Below, in pieces: positions 1 through 12,896 of a stretch of 64,000 nt of DNA (positions are counted from its first letter, which is position 1; each line of letters begins with the position of its first letter). Below the pieces are notes generated by a model, which was not told the origin of the DNA, did no database searches, and worked only from the letters and a program-made list of their open reading frames with translations. The stretch spans positions 9,734,001-9,798,000 of the forward strand of contig OX597834.1 of the NCBI GenBank assembly GCA_951406725.2, written 5' to 3'. Source of the DNA: Octopus vulgaris (lineage: Eukaryota). Made by a program: the position numbers and the translations under genes.

Positions 1-270
1 TGTGATTGTGTATGTGTGTGTTTGTGTGTATGTGTGCCTGTTGTTTGTGATTGTATATGTGTGCGTTGCTTGTGATTGTGTGTGTCGTTTGTGATTGTGT
101 GTGTTTGTGTGTATGTGTGCCTGTTGTTTGTGATTGTATATGTGTGCGTTGCTTGTGATTGTGTGTGTCGTTTGTGATTGTGTGTGTTTGTGTGTATGTG
201 TGTCTGTCGTTTGTGATTGCGTATGTGTGCGCTGCTCGTGATTGTGTGTGTCTGTTTGTTTGTTTGTGTT
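1..270. repeat. TG-rich minisatellite, about 3 copies of a ~85-bp unit
   Basis: The block TGTGATTGTG...GTGTGCCTGTTGTTTGTGATTGTATATGTGTGCGTTGCTTG recurs at ~85-bp spacing. Confidence 0.85.
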
Positions 271-724
271 CATCTGTCGCTGTGTGGCTGTTTGGCTATG
301 TATTCGTTTACTCGTCAATAAGACTTGCGAATTGATAACATAGAAAACGCTGTATGTCGTGTAACATTTCATGCAAATAGGCGTTACATGTAGTTAAAAT
401 TAAGCGTGAATTCATCGGGATAAGGTGCATAATTTATTGAGTTATCTTAGCGCATTCTTGATGAGCGAAAATTGTAATTTTCGTAACAAAATATCTATTG
501 ATAGTGCATACGGAAATTTTGTAGGGTGAAAATGAATTTAGTATAGAGTAAGTAATATATGATGAGTCTACCGAAAATATCATGCTTGAGTGAAATATAC
601 CCCCCCCCCCCTCAAAATAAGATTTAATGATATATCGATACTAATGTACGTATAGGCATGAATACATGCGTAGTTATTTGAGTCAGAAAATAAGAGTTAA
701 GTATCGTCATACAGGTTAACTACC

Positions 725-903
725 CTATCTATCTATCCGCTCAGTCGATGTCGACTCTCGGTCACTCGTTGGATCAGTGTCCTCCAGTCAGTTCTATCCT
801 GGGCCGCTTCTTTCAAATTGGCTATGTCCATTCCGGTATCACTCTAGATGGTGTCAAGCCAGCGGGTTCTTGGTCGGCCTCTTCCTCTCTTGCCACTGAC
901 CAT
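725..903 (-). mobile_element. RTE-clade (BovB-like) LINE, 5'-truncated 3' end
   Basis: Minus strand translates MVSGKRGRGRPRTRWLDTI*SDTGMDIANLKEAAQDRTDWRTLIQRVTESRHRLSG*, the typical RTE ORF C-terminus, followed by a (GATA)n tail; one internal stop. Confidence 0.85.
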
Positions 904-1594
904 ACACATACACCAGCAGACACAAAAACTGGAGGTGTGAAAATTTTTTCCAAAAGTAGTAAAATGGAGAAATAATGAAAAATCTATGAGCAAGCGCATC
1001 GAAGCCTGAAACCCATCTACCCTGAATATAAATTTACATTCGAACCAATAATCAATGGTGCATTCTGTTGTGCTATTGAATGTTTAAGGCACCATCTGAA
1101 AGAGATAGTATTTTGAAGAAAAGTTAGAGACCGCTGAACATGGAATTTGCTAAGACAGTCTCTTGGTTGCTGCCCTATCCTAGCTTTTATTTCTCTAGTC
1201 ACCAGAGAAATAAAAGAAAAACACAAGCAACGTGTGCGTGCATGTGTGTGTGTGTGTTATGGTGTATGAGTGCGTGGCTGCGTATCGGAGCGGTTGTATG
1301 CACGAATTTTTTAGAGTTCGATATGCAGAAATTATTGCTGTTAACATTCAACAGAATTGAATTCTGCTTCTTTATTACATACCTACTTCCCTTCTTCTAG
1401 AAGGAATAATTGATTCAAATTTTTGCACAGGACCAGAAAATTTTGTGAGTGTGGGGCAGGTAAATCTATTAGTTTGACCCCTATATTCAACATGTTTATT
1501 TTAGCGATCCAAATAAAATGCAAAACCAACTTCGATGGATTTTGAACCTTTCTAGAAAAAAATATAAGAAATAAAAGGAAAAGATATGCACTTC

Positions 1595-2192
1595 TACGCA
1601 CACATGCACACGCACACATGCACACGCACACATGCACACACACATACATACGCACACACACATTCATGCACATACACGCACACATACATGCACACACATG
1701 CACACACGTGCACACACACGTGCACACACACGTGCACACACACGTGCACACACACGTGCACACACACGTGCACACATACATGCACACACACGTGCACACA
1801 TACATGCACACATACATGCACACATACATGCAGACATACATGCACACATACATGCAGACATACATGTGCACACATACATGCACACATACATGTACACATA
1901 CATGCACACACACATGCACACACACATGCATACACACATGCACACACACATACAGACATACACACACATATATAGACATACACACACATACACACACACA
2001 CACACACACATACACACACACACATACACACACACATACATACACACATACATACACACATACATACACACATACATACATAGACACATACGCATACATA
2101 CATGCACACACATACACATACATGCATACACACACATACACATACATGCATACACACACATACACATACATGCATACACACACATACATACA
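1595..2192. repeat. Compound (CA)-rich micro/minisatellite
   Basis: Units such as CACACACGTGCA, CACATACATGCA and (CA)n. Confidence 0.95.
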
Positions 2193-3326
2193 ATTCCCAT
2201 GTACACTCTTATAATTCTAGAACAATTGTGACATACACAATCAGTGATAGGCTCATAGAAAATACAAATATATGAGTAAATTTTCTCTACGTACATGACA
2301 ATGGATCGAGAACGACAGGAAATAGTGTCCCAGTTGAAGCCAGCAAGATATCAACAACCCCAAAGAACTCATACGTCTATTAACAACGAATACTGATTGC
2401 TCATTCTCAGAAAATAAAAAAAAAAATGAAGTATTAAAAGTACTTCCAGAAAATATACATAAAACATAAGACAATGTTGGTTGCAAAAGAGATGGCAAGA
2501 AGTTGTACAAGTTTATCGATGTTCAGATATCGTGAATGTCACATCAAGAAAAAAATATATATACGGTAAATAAAGTAAAACATATACGAAATGAAAATTC
2601 AGAATTTTAAGCTAAATAGCCAGGTCGCCAATAGAATATATCGTCAATGAATTTATTTTCTTTTTTTGGTTTTTACAAGTAGAACGAAAATTCCATTACA
2701 ATTCAAAGTACGATAACATTTTATACATTTCACTAGAGGAAAAATTTACATTGATACGAACGCAACAATAGCATAGCATACAATATGGATTGCAGACACG
2801 CATATCATACAATGACTACTATGTATCAATTTCGTTTGAAGTTCAAACACATAAATATATATACATATATAAATGCATATATATATATATATATACACAC
2901 ACAAACATACATACGTACTCAAGCATATGCCTACACACGCACAATATATAAATTGCATAGCTACGTATATGTATATATTTTATGCATTTCTCCTTGACCG
3001 GGTTCAAATGTCTAGACTTCTATTAGACTCATAGAAATGGTTGTAATGAGTTCAGTTAAAGAAAAATGTGCAAATATAGCATGCTTGAACTTTATAGATA
3101 TATAAGTCTCCCCTCAGACTATGGGCTGATAACATATAAATACATACCTTCAAAGATAATCATGCGTACATACGTATATGGACGTATTGGTACATACATA
3201 GATGTATATGATGCATACACACTTTCAAACATGCACATTTAGTTACAGACACGCATATATAGATATATATCTGTCATATATAATATAGATAGATTGATGT
3301 GCGCATTTGTGTATGTGTGTATATAT

Positions 3327-3363
<37 letters not shown>

Positions 3364-3368
<5 letters not shown>

Positions 3369-3594
3369 CTGTACTACTCTCAAGGAGCTAAACATAGAGG
3401 GAACAAACAAGAACAGACAAAGGGATTAACTCGATTACATCGACCCCAGTATGTAACTGGTACTTAATTTATCGACCCCGAAAGGATGAAAGGCAAAATC
3501 GACCTCGGCGTAATTTGAACTCAGAACGTAGCGGCAGACGAAATACGGCTACGCATTTCGCCCGGCGTGCTAACGGTTCTGCCAGCTCGCCGCC
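3364..3594 (-). mobile_element. tRNA-derived SINE type A, full length
   Basis: Reverse complement starts GGCGGCGAGCTGGCAGAACCGTTAGC (A-box-like), has B-box-like GAGTTCAAATT and central GCCTTTCATCCTTTCGGGGTCGATAAATTAAGTACCAG; more than 15 copies in the window. Confidence 0.9.
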
Positions 3595-3917
3595 GTATAT
3601 GTATATAGTGTTATTCTTCTCTTAGTCTTTGTCATCTCAGGTAATTTCTCCCTCTGTTCCTACGTTTCAAAGAGCGGAATGCTTTTTCCCCCCTTTTAAG
3701 CATAGATCTTTATGCTATATTCTATTTTGCGGTCCAATATCAAAGCATCGTATAGATTTAAATCCTATTGCTGCTTTGTATTTTCTACTTCATCTTACCT
3801 TAATGTAATGGCTTTAACTTATTAAAATAGAAGTTAAATGTTCCCCCATTCAAATGTCCTGTCTTTAGAAAAGAAAGGGACACACAAAATAATAGTATCT
3901 TGAGACGATTATATCTA

Positions 3918-4180
3918 GGTGCAGGCATGGCTGCATGGTTAAGAAACTTGCCTTTAAACTAATTGGTTTGGAGTTCAGTTCCACTACGTTAATGCTTGGT
4001 AACGCGAATTCTACTAATGATCATTCATATGTGTGTGTGTGTGTGTGTGTTCTTTTTTTTGTCCCCACTTGAAAACTGTAGCAGCTCAGCAAAAGGGGGC
4101 CGATGGAATAAGTACAAGACACAGGAAGAAACAAAGAAAATAAATTTAAGTACCGGCGTCATGTTTTTGACTTAAATCTT
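3918..4180 (+). mobile_element. SINE type B, degenerate copy
   Basis: GGTGCAGGCATGGCTGCATGGTTAAG...GGAGTTCAGTTCCACT head, internal (TG)n, GAATAAGTAC motif. Confidence 0.65.
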
Positions 4181-4192
4181 TCAAACTGTTTC

Positions 4193-4424
4193 CGAGCTAG
4201 CAGAAACGTTAGCACGCCGGGCGAAATGCTTAGCAGTATTTCGTCTGCAGTTACGTTCTGAGTTCAAATTCCGCCGAGGTCGACTTTGCCTATCATCCTT
4301 TCGAGGTCGATAAATTAAGTACCAGTTACGCACTAGGGTCAATGTAATCGATTTAATACCTATGTCAGACCTTGTTTGTCCCCCTCTATGTTTAGCCCCT
4401 TGTGGGTAATAAAGAAATAGGTAT
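4193..4424 (+). mobile_element. SINE type A
   Basis: Near-identical to the copies at 29678 and 43259; inverted relative to the 3364 copy. Confidence 0.9.
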
Positions 4425-4600
4425 CGACGCAGTCCAATGTCTGAAGCAATTAAAGGATGAAGAAGCATAACTCTCCCTGTGAATGCTAATGATTTCTACG
4501 TCGTTCCTACGACGGCCGACCTAAGGCTCAGCCAAATTAACAATATCAAGCAATAGTCTTAATGGTGATGTAGAACTATACACTAAAAGCTGCGGGGAAC

Positions 4601-4710
4601 AAAGGGTGTTCCATTTTGAATTTTTACTTTATTCAACTTATATTGAAAATGTTAACACGGAATACATGAGAATAATCAGGAAACTTTCGTATCTATATAG
4701 AACACCCTTT
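4601..4710. mobile_element. Possible degenerate Tc1/mariner-type MITE
   Basis: Perfect 11-bp inverted termini AAAGGGTGTTC / GAACACCCTTT around an AT-rich interior; no clean TA target-site duplication (TSD). Confidence 0.35.
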
Positions 4711-5345
4711 CACTCTCTCCTCCTCCTCCACCCCAATCTCTCTCTACTCTTCCCTCCCTCACGCCCGCTATCTTCCCCTCCCTAACAATCTCTCTCTACC
4801 CTTCCCTCCCTCTCGATCGCCATCTTCCCCTCCCTAACAATCTCTCTCTCTCCTTCTCACCCTCTCGCTCGCTCCACCTCTCCCGCTTGCTCGTTCTCTC
4901 TCCCTCCTTCCCAATCTCTCTCCCTTTCCCTCCCTCCTTCCCAATCTCTCTCCCTTTCCCTCCCTCTCGATCGCTATCTCACCCTCCCTCTTGCTCGCTC
5001 CACCTCCCCTGTTGCTCATTCTCTCTCCTTCCCTCCATCTCGCTTTCTCTCTCCTCTCCCTGCCTGCACCTCCTTCTTTCTCTCTCTCTCCCCTCTCTGC
5101 CTCCCGCTATCTCTCCACCTCCTCCTTTCTTCTCTCACTCTTTCTCTCACTCCCATTCTCTCACTCCCTTTCTCTCACTCCCTTTCTCTCACTCTCTTTC
5201 TCTCACTCTCTTTCTCTCACTCTCTTTCTCTCACTATCTTTCTCTCACTATCTTTCTCTCACTATCTTTCTCTCACTATCTTTCTCTCTCTAACTATCTC
5301 TATGCCCATCTCCCTCTCTCACACTCGCCATTTCTTACACTCTAG
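4711..5345. repeat. Polypyrimidine (CT-rich) tract with internal tandem units
   Basis: About 630 bp almost free of purines on +; repeats CTCCCTAACAATCTCTCTCT, CCCTCCTTCCCAATCTCTCTCCCTTT and (TCTTTCTCTCAC[T/A])n. Confidence 0.9.
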
Positions 5346-6000
5346 TTCTCCCTTTCTCTATACATATATTCATATTCATAATTTTAACTTTATATATGTA
5401 TGCATATGATTAAACTCACACACGCATGTATCTCAGTACGCGTGTACGTGCGCGCTTTTTTGTGTATATATATGTACGTATGTATATATGTATGTACGTG
5501 TGTGTATATATATATGTATGTACGTGTGTGTATATATATATGTGTGTGTGTATACACGTACATACATCACAACATGCCTTTCATGAAATCTGATAAGGTA
5601 TGAGAAATCTGGTTTAGGTGAACTGGAACAAAACTATAAATAAACGCTAGACGTTGGCGCATTTAAGGCTGCTTAGCTTGGCTAATAATGTTACATGGTA
5701 ATTAGTTTATCATCATCTATATCATTAGCACGATCATCATTATCAACGGCATCTTGCCCACCAGTGTAATAGGCCATGTGCAGCTTTTCAACGAATGCAC
5801 GCTAGCTATCATTTACTCTAACTAAGTACATTAGATCTGTTAGCGTTACGCTTTATTATTAATATTTATTGCAATAGTCTGCCATGGGTATATTTTCCTC
5901 TAATCATTTTTAAAAAGTTATTATGCTGCCCAGGGATCATTAACGAACATTAAATATAACTATCTGGTGATTAGGATGCTGCACTGACGTCTCTGTTATG

Positions 6001-6041
6001 TTTCCCTGATGAGATGCAATAAGGCCGAAACTAGTCAAGAA
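6001..6041 (+). ncRNA. Degenerate minimal type I hammerhead ribozyme motif (Penelope-like element relic)
   Basis: CTGATGA (6006) ... GAAAC-TA-GTC with palindromic stem III ACTAGT; stems I and II partly disrupted. Confidence 0.5.
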
Positions 6042-6889
6042 TTGTTACTCTGTTTAGTTGCCCACATCTTTATATATTTCCTTGATACCAGTTATTTTAT
6101 TTATCTATTTCTTGTAGCTTTATGCCAAGGTAAAATTTGCCTATTATCCTTTTGGGCGATAAAATACTCATCAGCTAAGCATTGGCGGTCGATGTAATCG
6201 ACTTGCCCCGTCCTCGCAAACTTTCTGACCCTTTATCTCTAGTAGAAATGTGATTGTTAAACCCTTGGTGAACCGCAACTGCGTAATCTTAAAATAACAG
6301 ATGTGCCGACCGAGACCATCGCATCCGTTTGTCAATTAACTAGTATTTATGATCGCCATATTTTCAACGTAGCACTTCTTTTCCAAAACAGTGGTATGTA
6401 ATATTCTAAGGATATACAGTACTGCTTTTAGTAAAACAATACGTAGCTGCTGCATCTCCTTAACTCATTTATAAAGGGTTTTTTTTTTTTGCTCTCCAAT
6501 TCTCCGATATGACATACATTTATCACAGCCAGTAAAATTTCATCCGATAAAGATTTGGTATGATTTTTCAGCAGATCAATCTGCAACCTACAATGTCTCT
6601 GGTGAGTTTGCATATCACAAGTTTCATCAGCTGAATATATAAACATCTCTCAAAAGCAATATACTTTCTTGATATTATTGCTTAATCTGAACTCAATTAT
6701 GTATGTTATTCTAATTAGAAAGAGGCTAGGCATGGAATTAATAGACATCATAGCGAGGTGTGCGTTACAAGCAAATCCAAACACGCTGACACTCGTGACG
6801 TTGCGCCGCTGACAGGGAAAATATGAAGCATTTGACACATGCACGCACAGACACATGCGTGTAAGATACGTGTGTATATGTGTACGCGG

Positions 6890-6890
6890 G

Positions 6891-6938
<48 letters not shown>

Positions 6939-7004
6939 AGCGTATTATATATATATATATACATGCAAGCGTATTATATATATATATATATACACATGCA
7001 AGCG

Positions 7005-7038
<34 letters not shown>

Positions 7039-7053
7039 CACATGCAAGCGTAT

Positions 7054-7086
<33 letters not shown>

Positions 7087-7093
7087 GCAAGCG

Positions 7094-7133
<40 letters not shown>

Positions 7134-7140
7134 GCAAGCG

Positions 7141-7180
<40 letters not shown>

Positions 7181-7187
7181 GCAAGCG

Positions 7188-7230
<43 letters not shown>

Positions 7231-7512
7231 TGCAAGCGTGTGTATATATATATATATATATACATACATGCAAGCGTATATATATATACACACATACATG
7301 CAAGCGTACATATATATATATATAAATACACACATACATGCAAGTGTACATATATATATATATATACATACATGTAAGCGTATATATATATATATATATA
7401 TATATACACGCACAAATAAATGCAAGCGTACATATATATATATATATATACACACATACATACATGCAAGCATATATATATATATCTATATATATATATA
7501 TATATATATATT
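6890..7512. repeat. Minisatellite of (TA)n blocks punctuated by CATGCAAGCGTA
   Basis: More than 12 repeats of ACATGCAAGCGTA(T) separated by variable TA runs. Confidence 0.95.
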
Positions 7513-8329
7513 TCCATACGCTCACCCGTGTATGTGTTGGTATGTGTAGCTGATAAAAATAACACTTTTGTGAATATATTATACCATGTGTTATAGGCGA
7601 AAATATATAATTTATACCGATAATTATTTTCCTCTTCGAGACTCTATGATTCATTGAAAATACTTTCAGCTTTTTAATTTTATATTCTGTCGGATTATTT
7701 TCTACTGACGTAAACTCACTGCGGATTCCCCCAGCTTACACTTTATCCACGCATGAACATACTCACACATACACATTTATGTGTATATTTTTTTGTGTAT
7801 GAATGCTTGCGTGTGTGATTAATACACATACACACGCACACACACACAAACATACTCTAGTATCACTAATGTTTCCTGAAGTGAAGTATATTTATATGTC
7901 GAAAACATACAGGCAGCCGCTAAAATGTAATTAGAGAGTAAAGCTCAGAATGGCAGTATCACAGGCAAGATATCAAAGTTAACGTACCATCATATATATA
8001 TCATTAAGCAGTCATCAGTTCGTTAACACCGAAAGTTTCGTTACCCGAAAAAAAAATATCTGATAGCTATATGCAAAAATGATATTAACATATATTAGGT
8101 GAGTGTGTGCTTCTAGTTTCAGAATTTTTAAGACGTTATTAAGAGGGCATCAGCATCGAATGAGCCGGAGTTGATTCAGAATTAAATCTTACACGGCACA
8201 AAGTTGTTCTTTTTGTTTTTCGTAATGTGAAATTGTGCAAGTAATGAAAGAGCATTTAGGCTTTGTAGAAAATGTGTGAAAGGGTGAATCGCCATACTCT
8301 AAATGATGTGTGTGTGAGTAAATATATAT

Positions 8330-8763
8330 ACTCTTTTACTCTTTTACTTGCTTCAGTCATTTGACTGTGGCCATGCCTTTAGTCGAGCAAATCGACGCCA
8401 GGACTTATTCTTTGCAAGCCTAGTACTTATTCTATCTCTTTTGCCGAACCGCTAAAATACGGTGACGTAAACACACCAACATCGATAGTCAAGCGATGGC
8501 TAAATTACGGTGACGTAAATACACCAGTTGTCAAGCGATGTTGGGGAGACAAGCACAGACACACAAACACATACATACTTATACACATATACATATATAC
8601 GACGGGCTTCTTTCAGTTTCCGTCTACCAAATCTGCTCACAATGCTTTGGTCATCCCGAGGCTATAGTAGGAGACATTTGCCCAAGGTGGCACGCAGTGG
8701 GACTGAACCCGGAACCATGTGGTTGGTAAGCAAGCTACTTACCACACAGCCACTCCTACGCCT
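8330..8763 (-). mobile_element. tRNA-derived SINE type B, full length
   Basis: Reverse complement: GGCGTAGGAGTGGCTGTGTGGTAAG...GGGTTCAGTCCC, then CORE-like ACCTTGGGCAA, an internal TA/TG microsatellite and a (GTAAAAGA)n tail. Confidence 0.9.
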
Positions 8764-9054
8764 ATATATATATACTAGCAGTATCGCCCGGCGTTGCTCG
8801 AGTTGTAAGGGAAATAACTATATAAGCATTTTTAGAGAGTTATAGCCAAAAAATAGCAAAAAAATGCATTAAAAATTGAAAAAAAATTAAGGTAAATTTT
8901 TCTTTAAATCGTTGACACATCGTAGAGAGTTTTTAGAGAGTTACTTCCCTTATATAAAAGCGAAAAATATGCATTAAAATGGAAAAATATGATGGTAATT
9001 TTTTTTTAAATCGTAGACTCATCGTAGACGCGCGCTAATACCCAGAAGGGCTCG

Positions 9055-9310
9055 TTTGTTATTCTGGGTAACTTTCTGTAAAATTATTAAAATTTTGTTC
9101 AAACATCGCTATAGAAAATGGGTTATTAGCTAATATTCAATTGGGTATACAACAAAATTTTACGATAGAATTTGTTATTCTGGGTAACTTTCTGTAAAAT
9201 TATTAAAATTTTGTTCAAACATCGCTATAGAAAATGGGTTATTAGCTAATATTCAATTGGGTATACAACAAAATTTTACGATAGAATTTGTTATTCTGGG
9301 TAACTTTCTG
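9055..9310. repeat. 116-bp tandem repeat, ~2.2 copies, within the Helitron
   Basis: TTTGTTATTCTGGGTAACTTTCTG starts at 9055, 9171 and 9287. Confidence 0.95.
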
Positions 9311-9615
9311 ATACCCATAATAATATTTATGGCAAAATAGGCCTTAATTTCATTTAAGGTTGTGGGAAATAACAAACTATCGTTTCTTTCGTTTTGTTTA
9401 CGTTTAGCGTAACAGTTCGTTTCTGCCGTAATGATTTCAAATGGGCTCATTCGAAAAAGTAAATAGAAATAGTGTAAGGCTTTACTCTTCTGGGAAAGTC
9501 TGTGGCTTGGTGCAGTTTCTTCAGAAAAATCACCGAAAGAAACAGTTTTTAAATTTTCACTCCATTCAGGTGCCAATTCGTATTCTTAATCGCTGTCGGA
9601 TTCACTGTTTTCACT
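9290..9615 (-). pseudogene. piggyBac-family transposase N-terminal fragment inside the Helitron
   Basis: ENSESDSD*EYELAPEWS...YFYLLF...IITAETNCYAK...PTTLNEIKAYFAINIIMGIRKLPRITN matches the piggyBac/PGBD (DDE_Tnp_1_7) motif ETNxYA...TxxEIKAF.GI.I.MG..KLP; truncated before the usual YW. Confidence 0.8.
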
Positions 9616-9994
9616 TTAATAGCTGCCAACTTGCAAAGACAAAGGAGGAGAAGGGTGATAGCGTGAGTGAAACAATTCGCTCCCTTTGTGTGTGTGTGCG
9701 TTTGCGTGTGGTGTAAACCAGACTAAGAAAAGCATTTGACACACACACCAGAATGTGAGTTTTCTGTAAATTTTGCTTAATTGGAGTTTAAATTTTAAAA
9801 ACTGGACCTGGCATGACGCGATGCATTGTACTCTTAAAACTGCTAGGTAAATTGTAATTGAAGAAATCCTATATTGTAGATTTGTATAACTCCCAAAGGG
9901 AGGCAGATAAAATCTGCCTTTTATAATAAGAGATACAAAGAGAGAGAGATTATAGTAATGACATCCTTAGAATACGAATGACCTTGATATAGTA

Positions 9995-10285
9995 CCGGGA
10001 AATTACCTCTGCTAGGCATAACTCAGGGCAAGGTTGTTTATGGAAGAACTGCAGTCGCCCATGCATACCAAACTCCCCATTTCACGCCACCGATGTTATC
10101 CAAGGGAAAGGCAAAGGGGCCGATACATCTTGGCCCCCTTGACGTCGCAAATCATTTCTACAGCTGAGTGAACTGGAGCAACGTGAAATAATGTGTCTTG
10201 CTGAAGAGAGCACAACACAGCCAATTCCGGGAATTGAACTGACTACCTCATGATTATGAGGCCGGTGCTCTAACCACTGAGCTAT
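9995..10285 (-). mobile_element. tRNA-derived CORE-like SINE type E
   Basis: Reverse complement has head GCTCAGTGGTTAGAGC, CORE-like CAAGACAC...TTTCACGTTGCTCCAGTTCACTCAGCTG; homologous to 13175 and 28954. Confidence 0.8.
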
Positions 10286-10321
10286 GATTGACCGCTAAAT
10301 CCACATTTTTTTAAAAATTCT

Positions 10322-10478
10322 CTCTCTGTTTATTTCCTCGTGTTCCTGTTTGTTAAAGAGCGTAGGCTCGTAACGTAAAAGCCTTTCTCACTTTCCCGAT
10401 CGTCAAACTAATGCACCTGCTTTTTGTTTATACACCTGTCTTCGTCCTTATATTTTCTGTAAATTTCAATTATATATA
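10322..10478 (+). mobile_element. Penelope-like element 3' terminus with decayed hammerhead motif
   Basis: TTGTTAAAGAGCGTAGGCTCGTAACGTAAAAG resembles CTGNNGAA-GAGC-loop-GCTC-GAAACGTH; downstream CACCTGTCTTCGTC shared with the 50200 copy; ends at a TA run. Confidence 0.55.
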
Positions 10479-10757
10479 AACACACACACACTCAGAGAAG
10501 AGTTAAGGGATAGAGTAGACAAGGATCTTATCTACTCCATCCCTTAACTGTCGTATTCTTATTCGCATACACGGCAACCGTGGTTGGTTTCCTGCCGTCA
10601 AATATAAAGAGGACTTTTTGCAGTTTATCGTACTTAAATACAGGAAAAAAACCCACAAACTTCCATTTCAATAAACCACCATTGCCCCTGAAAGTTGTCT
10701 TATATTTACTACAGATTACTTGAAGCCAACTTTCTTCCTACACCTGGAACTCTCAAT

Positions 10758-10831
<74 letters not shown>

Positions 10832-11013
10832 TTAGTTGGGTAAAGCTCTATATATTATATGGGTAGTTAATGTAAATCCCATTTCAACTCAGTCTGCTGG
10901 ATTTCAGATGAAAAATTCCTTACATGTCTATCTAACATGTAAATCTTTATAAATCCTATTGTGTAATGAAAAATAAATAAAACCCAAAAACTTGAAAGAT
11001 ATTCGTATAGATA

Positions 11014-11430
11014 TTCTTTTACTCGTTTCAGTCATTTTACTGCGGCCATGCTGGAGCAAGGCGTTCATCGGTCTTAGTCGAACATATCGTCCCCGGAACT
11101 TATTTCTTTAAAGTCTAGTATTTAATTTATCCGTCTGTTTTGCCGAATCTCTAAGTTGTAGGCAGGTAAACACACCAAGACACCAATACTGCTCGTGAAA
11201 TGGTGATTTGGTGGAAAAGCAAAAACACGAAGACACACACACAGGTATATATATATATATATATATAAGACGGGCTTCTTTCAGCTTCCGTCTTCCAAAT
11301 CAAATCACAAAGATTTGGTTGGCCCGCTGATATACAAGAGGCTACATGCCCAAGATGCCACGCAGTAGGACTGAACACGGGAACTTTTGTCTCTGAAGCA
11401 AGCTTCTTACACACAACTACATCTGCGCTT
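11014..11430 (-). mobile_element. SINE type B, diverged
   Basis: Colinear similarity to 8330-8763. Confidence 0.8.
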
Positions 11431-11431
11431 A

Positions 11432-11481
11432 TTATATATATGTGTGTGTGTGTGTGTAGTTAGATATATATATATATATGA

Positions 11482-11517
<36 letters not shown>

Positions 11518-11529
11518 GCATAAGATACT

Positions 11530-11560
<31 letters not shown>

Positions 11561-12060
11561 GCATAAGATACTCACACACACACATACATACATATATATG
11601 CATAAGATACTCACACACACACATGCATATATATATAGATATATATATATATATAGATATATATATATATATATATAGATATAGATATAGATAGATATAT
11701 AGATAGACATATATATAGATATAGATAGATATATAGATAGACATATATATATATATAGATAGATAGATATATAGATAGACATATATATATATATATATAT
11801 ATATGATAGATATATAGATAGACATATATATATATAGATAGATATATAGATAGACATATATATATATATATATAGATATATAGATAGACATATATATATA
11901 TATATAGATAGATATATAGATAGACATATATATATATATATAGATAGATATATAGATAGACATATATATATATATATATAGATAGATATATAGATAGACA
12001 TATATATATAGATAGATAGATATATAGATAGACATATATATATAGATAGATAGATATATA
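11432..12060. repeat. Compound (TA)n/(GATA)n/(CA)n minisatellite
   Basis: Repeating GATAGATATATAGATAGACATATATA and GCATAAGATACTCACAC units. Confidence 0.95.
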
Positions 12061-12896
12061 ACCTCCACACACATTGCACGCATAGAAACGTACCTCAGAC
12101 ACACGCGCACAGACTCATCCACGCGCACACAGTTTTAGCGCCATAAACACGTGCGGTTCTTACCACTTCAAAATCTTTGCAGCCTTTTGCAAAATACAGA
12201 CATACTTTGAAAACTTTGTAAGTGTGCTTATCTCGCTCTACACTTGAATATCATCTGTCACCAGCATCAATGGAACCTGATATCCACCTCGTCTGTATTA
12301 ATTACTAAACGGATAGCATTCTCTTCAGAACAGCAACGAGATGTTGACTTATGTGTGTTTAGTATCTAAATTAAAATCATCAGTAGCAGCAACAGCTGTA
12401 GTACTAGTCGTCGTAGGACTACTACTACTACTACTATTACTACTACTACTACTACTACTACTACTAGAATTATTATGAGTATCATCTATTGTACGTCTAT
12501 TTCTACTACCATCTCACATTCATACTCTTGAATTTTACGCTAAGTGTAGTGGGGTGTTGTTTGAGTGTGTCTGCATATGCTTGTGTCTGTGTTTGTGTAT
12601 ATGTGTGTGTGGAGGGGGGATAGCTCTTACAGATTTAATATACAGCATTCACACATGTGTATATATAGGTGTGTAATATGTTATACACGCTGTTACATAT
12701 AACTATATAAAAATATACTATGTGTATATATATATATATATATAATACAAGTATATTTATGTGTGTACGTAGTTGTGTTTGCGTTTGTATGTGTGTGTAC
12801 CTGAGTTTTAAATATATTCATTTGTTGCATGTGTGGACGTATTTTGTTGTTTGTGGACCCACATAAGTCGTGAAGGTTCGCTACCCGCTTTCTTAC

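Larger units (their letters stand above)
8775..9933 (-). mobile_element. Non-autonomous Helitron (1159 bp)
   Basis: Minus strand begins TCTCTTATTATAAAAGG (9933), ends with GC-rich hairpin-like CGAGCAACGCCGGGCG plus CTAG (8778-8775), inserted between A and T with no TSD. Confidence 0.85.

Noticed and set aside
748-975. 75-aa plus-strand ORF
   Set aside because: Antisense shadow of the RTE LINE fragment on the minus strand.
1383-2296. Overlapping 130-270 aa ORFs (VCVCMY / HTHT)
   Set aside because: Translations of a CA/TG microsatellite, which lacks stops; the same applies to the ORFs at 6839, 11432, 14468, 19562, 35601, 41402, 42657, 46280, 54682 and 59054, and to the repeat portion of the 37056 ORF.
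4887-5345. Ser/Leu/Pro-rich 152-aa ORF
   Set aside because: Product of the CT tract; no coding signal.
6595-6635. CTGATGA on the minus strand as another hammerhead (also ~16720 and ~57195)
   Set aside because: No properly spaced GAAA, stem II or stem III.
6890-7512. CRISPR-like repeat-spacer pattern (CATGCAAGCGTA units)
   Set aside because: The spacers are only variable TA runs, the context is eukaryotic and there are no cas genes; it is a slippage minisatellite.
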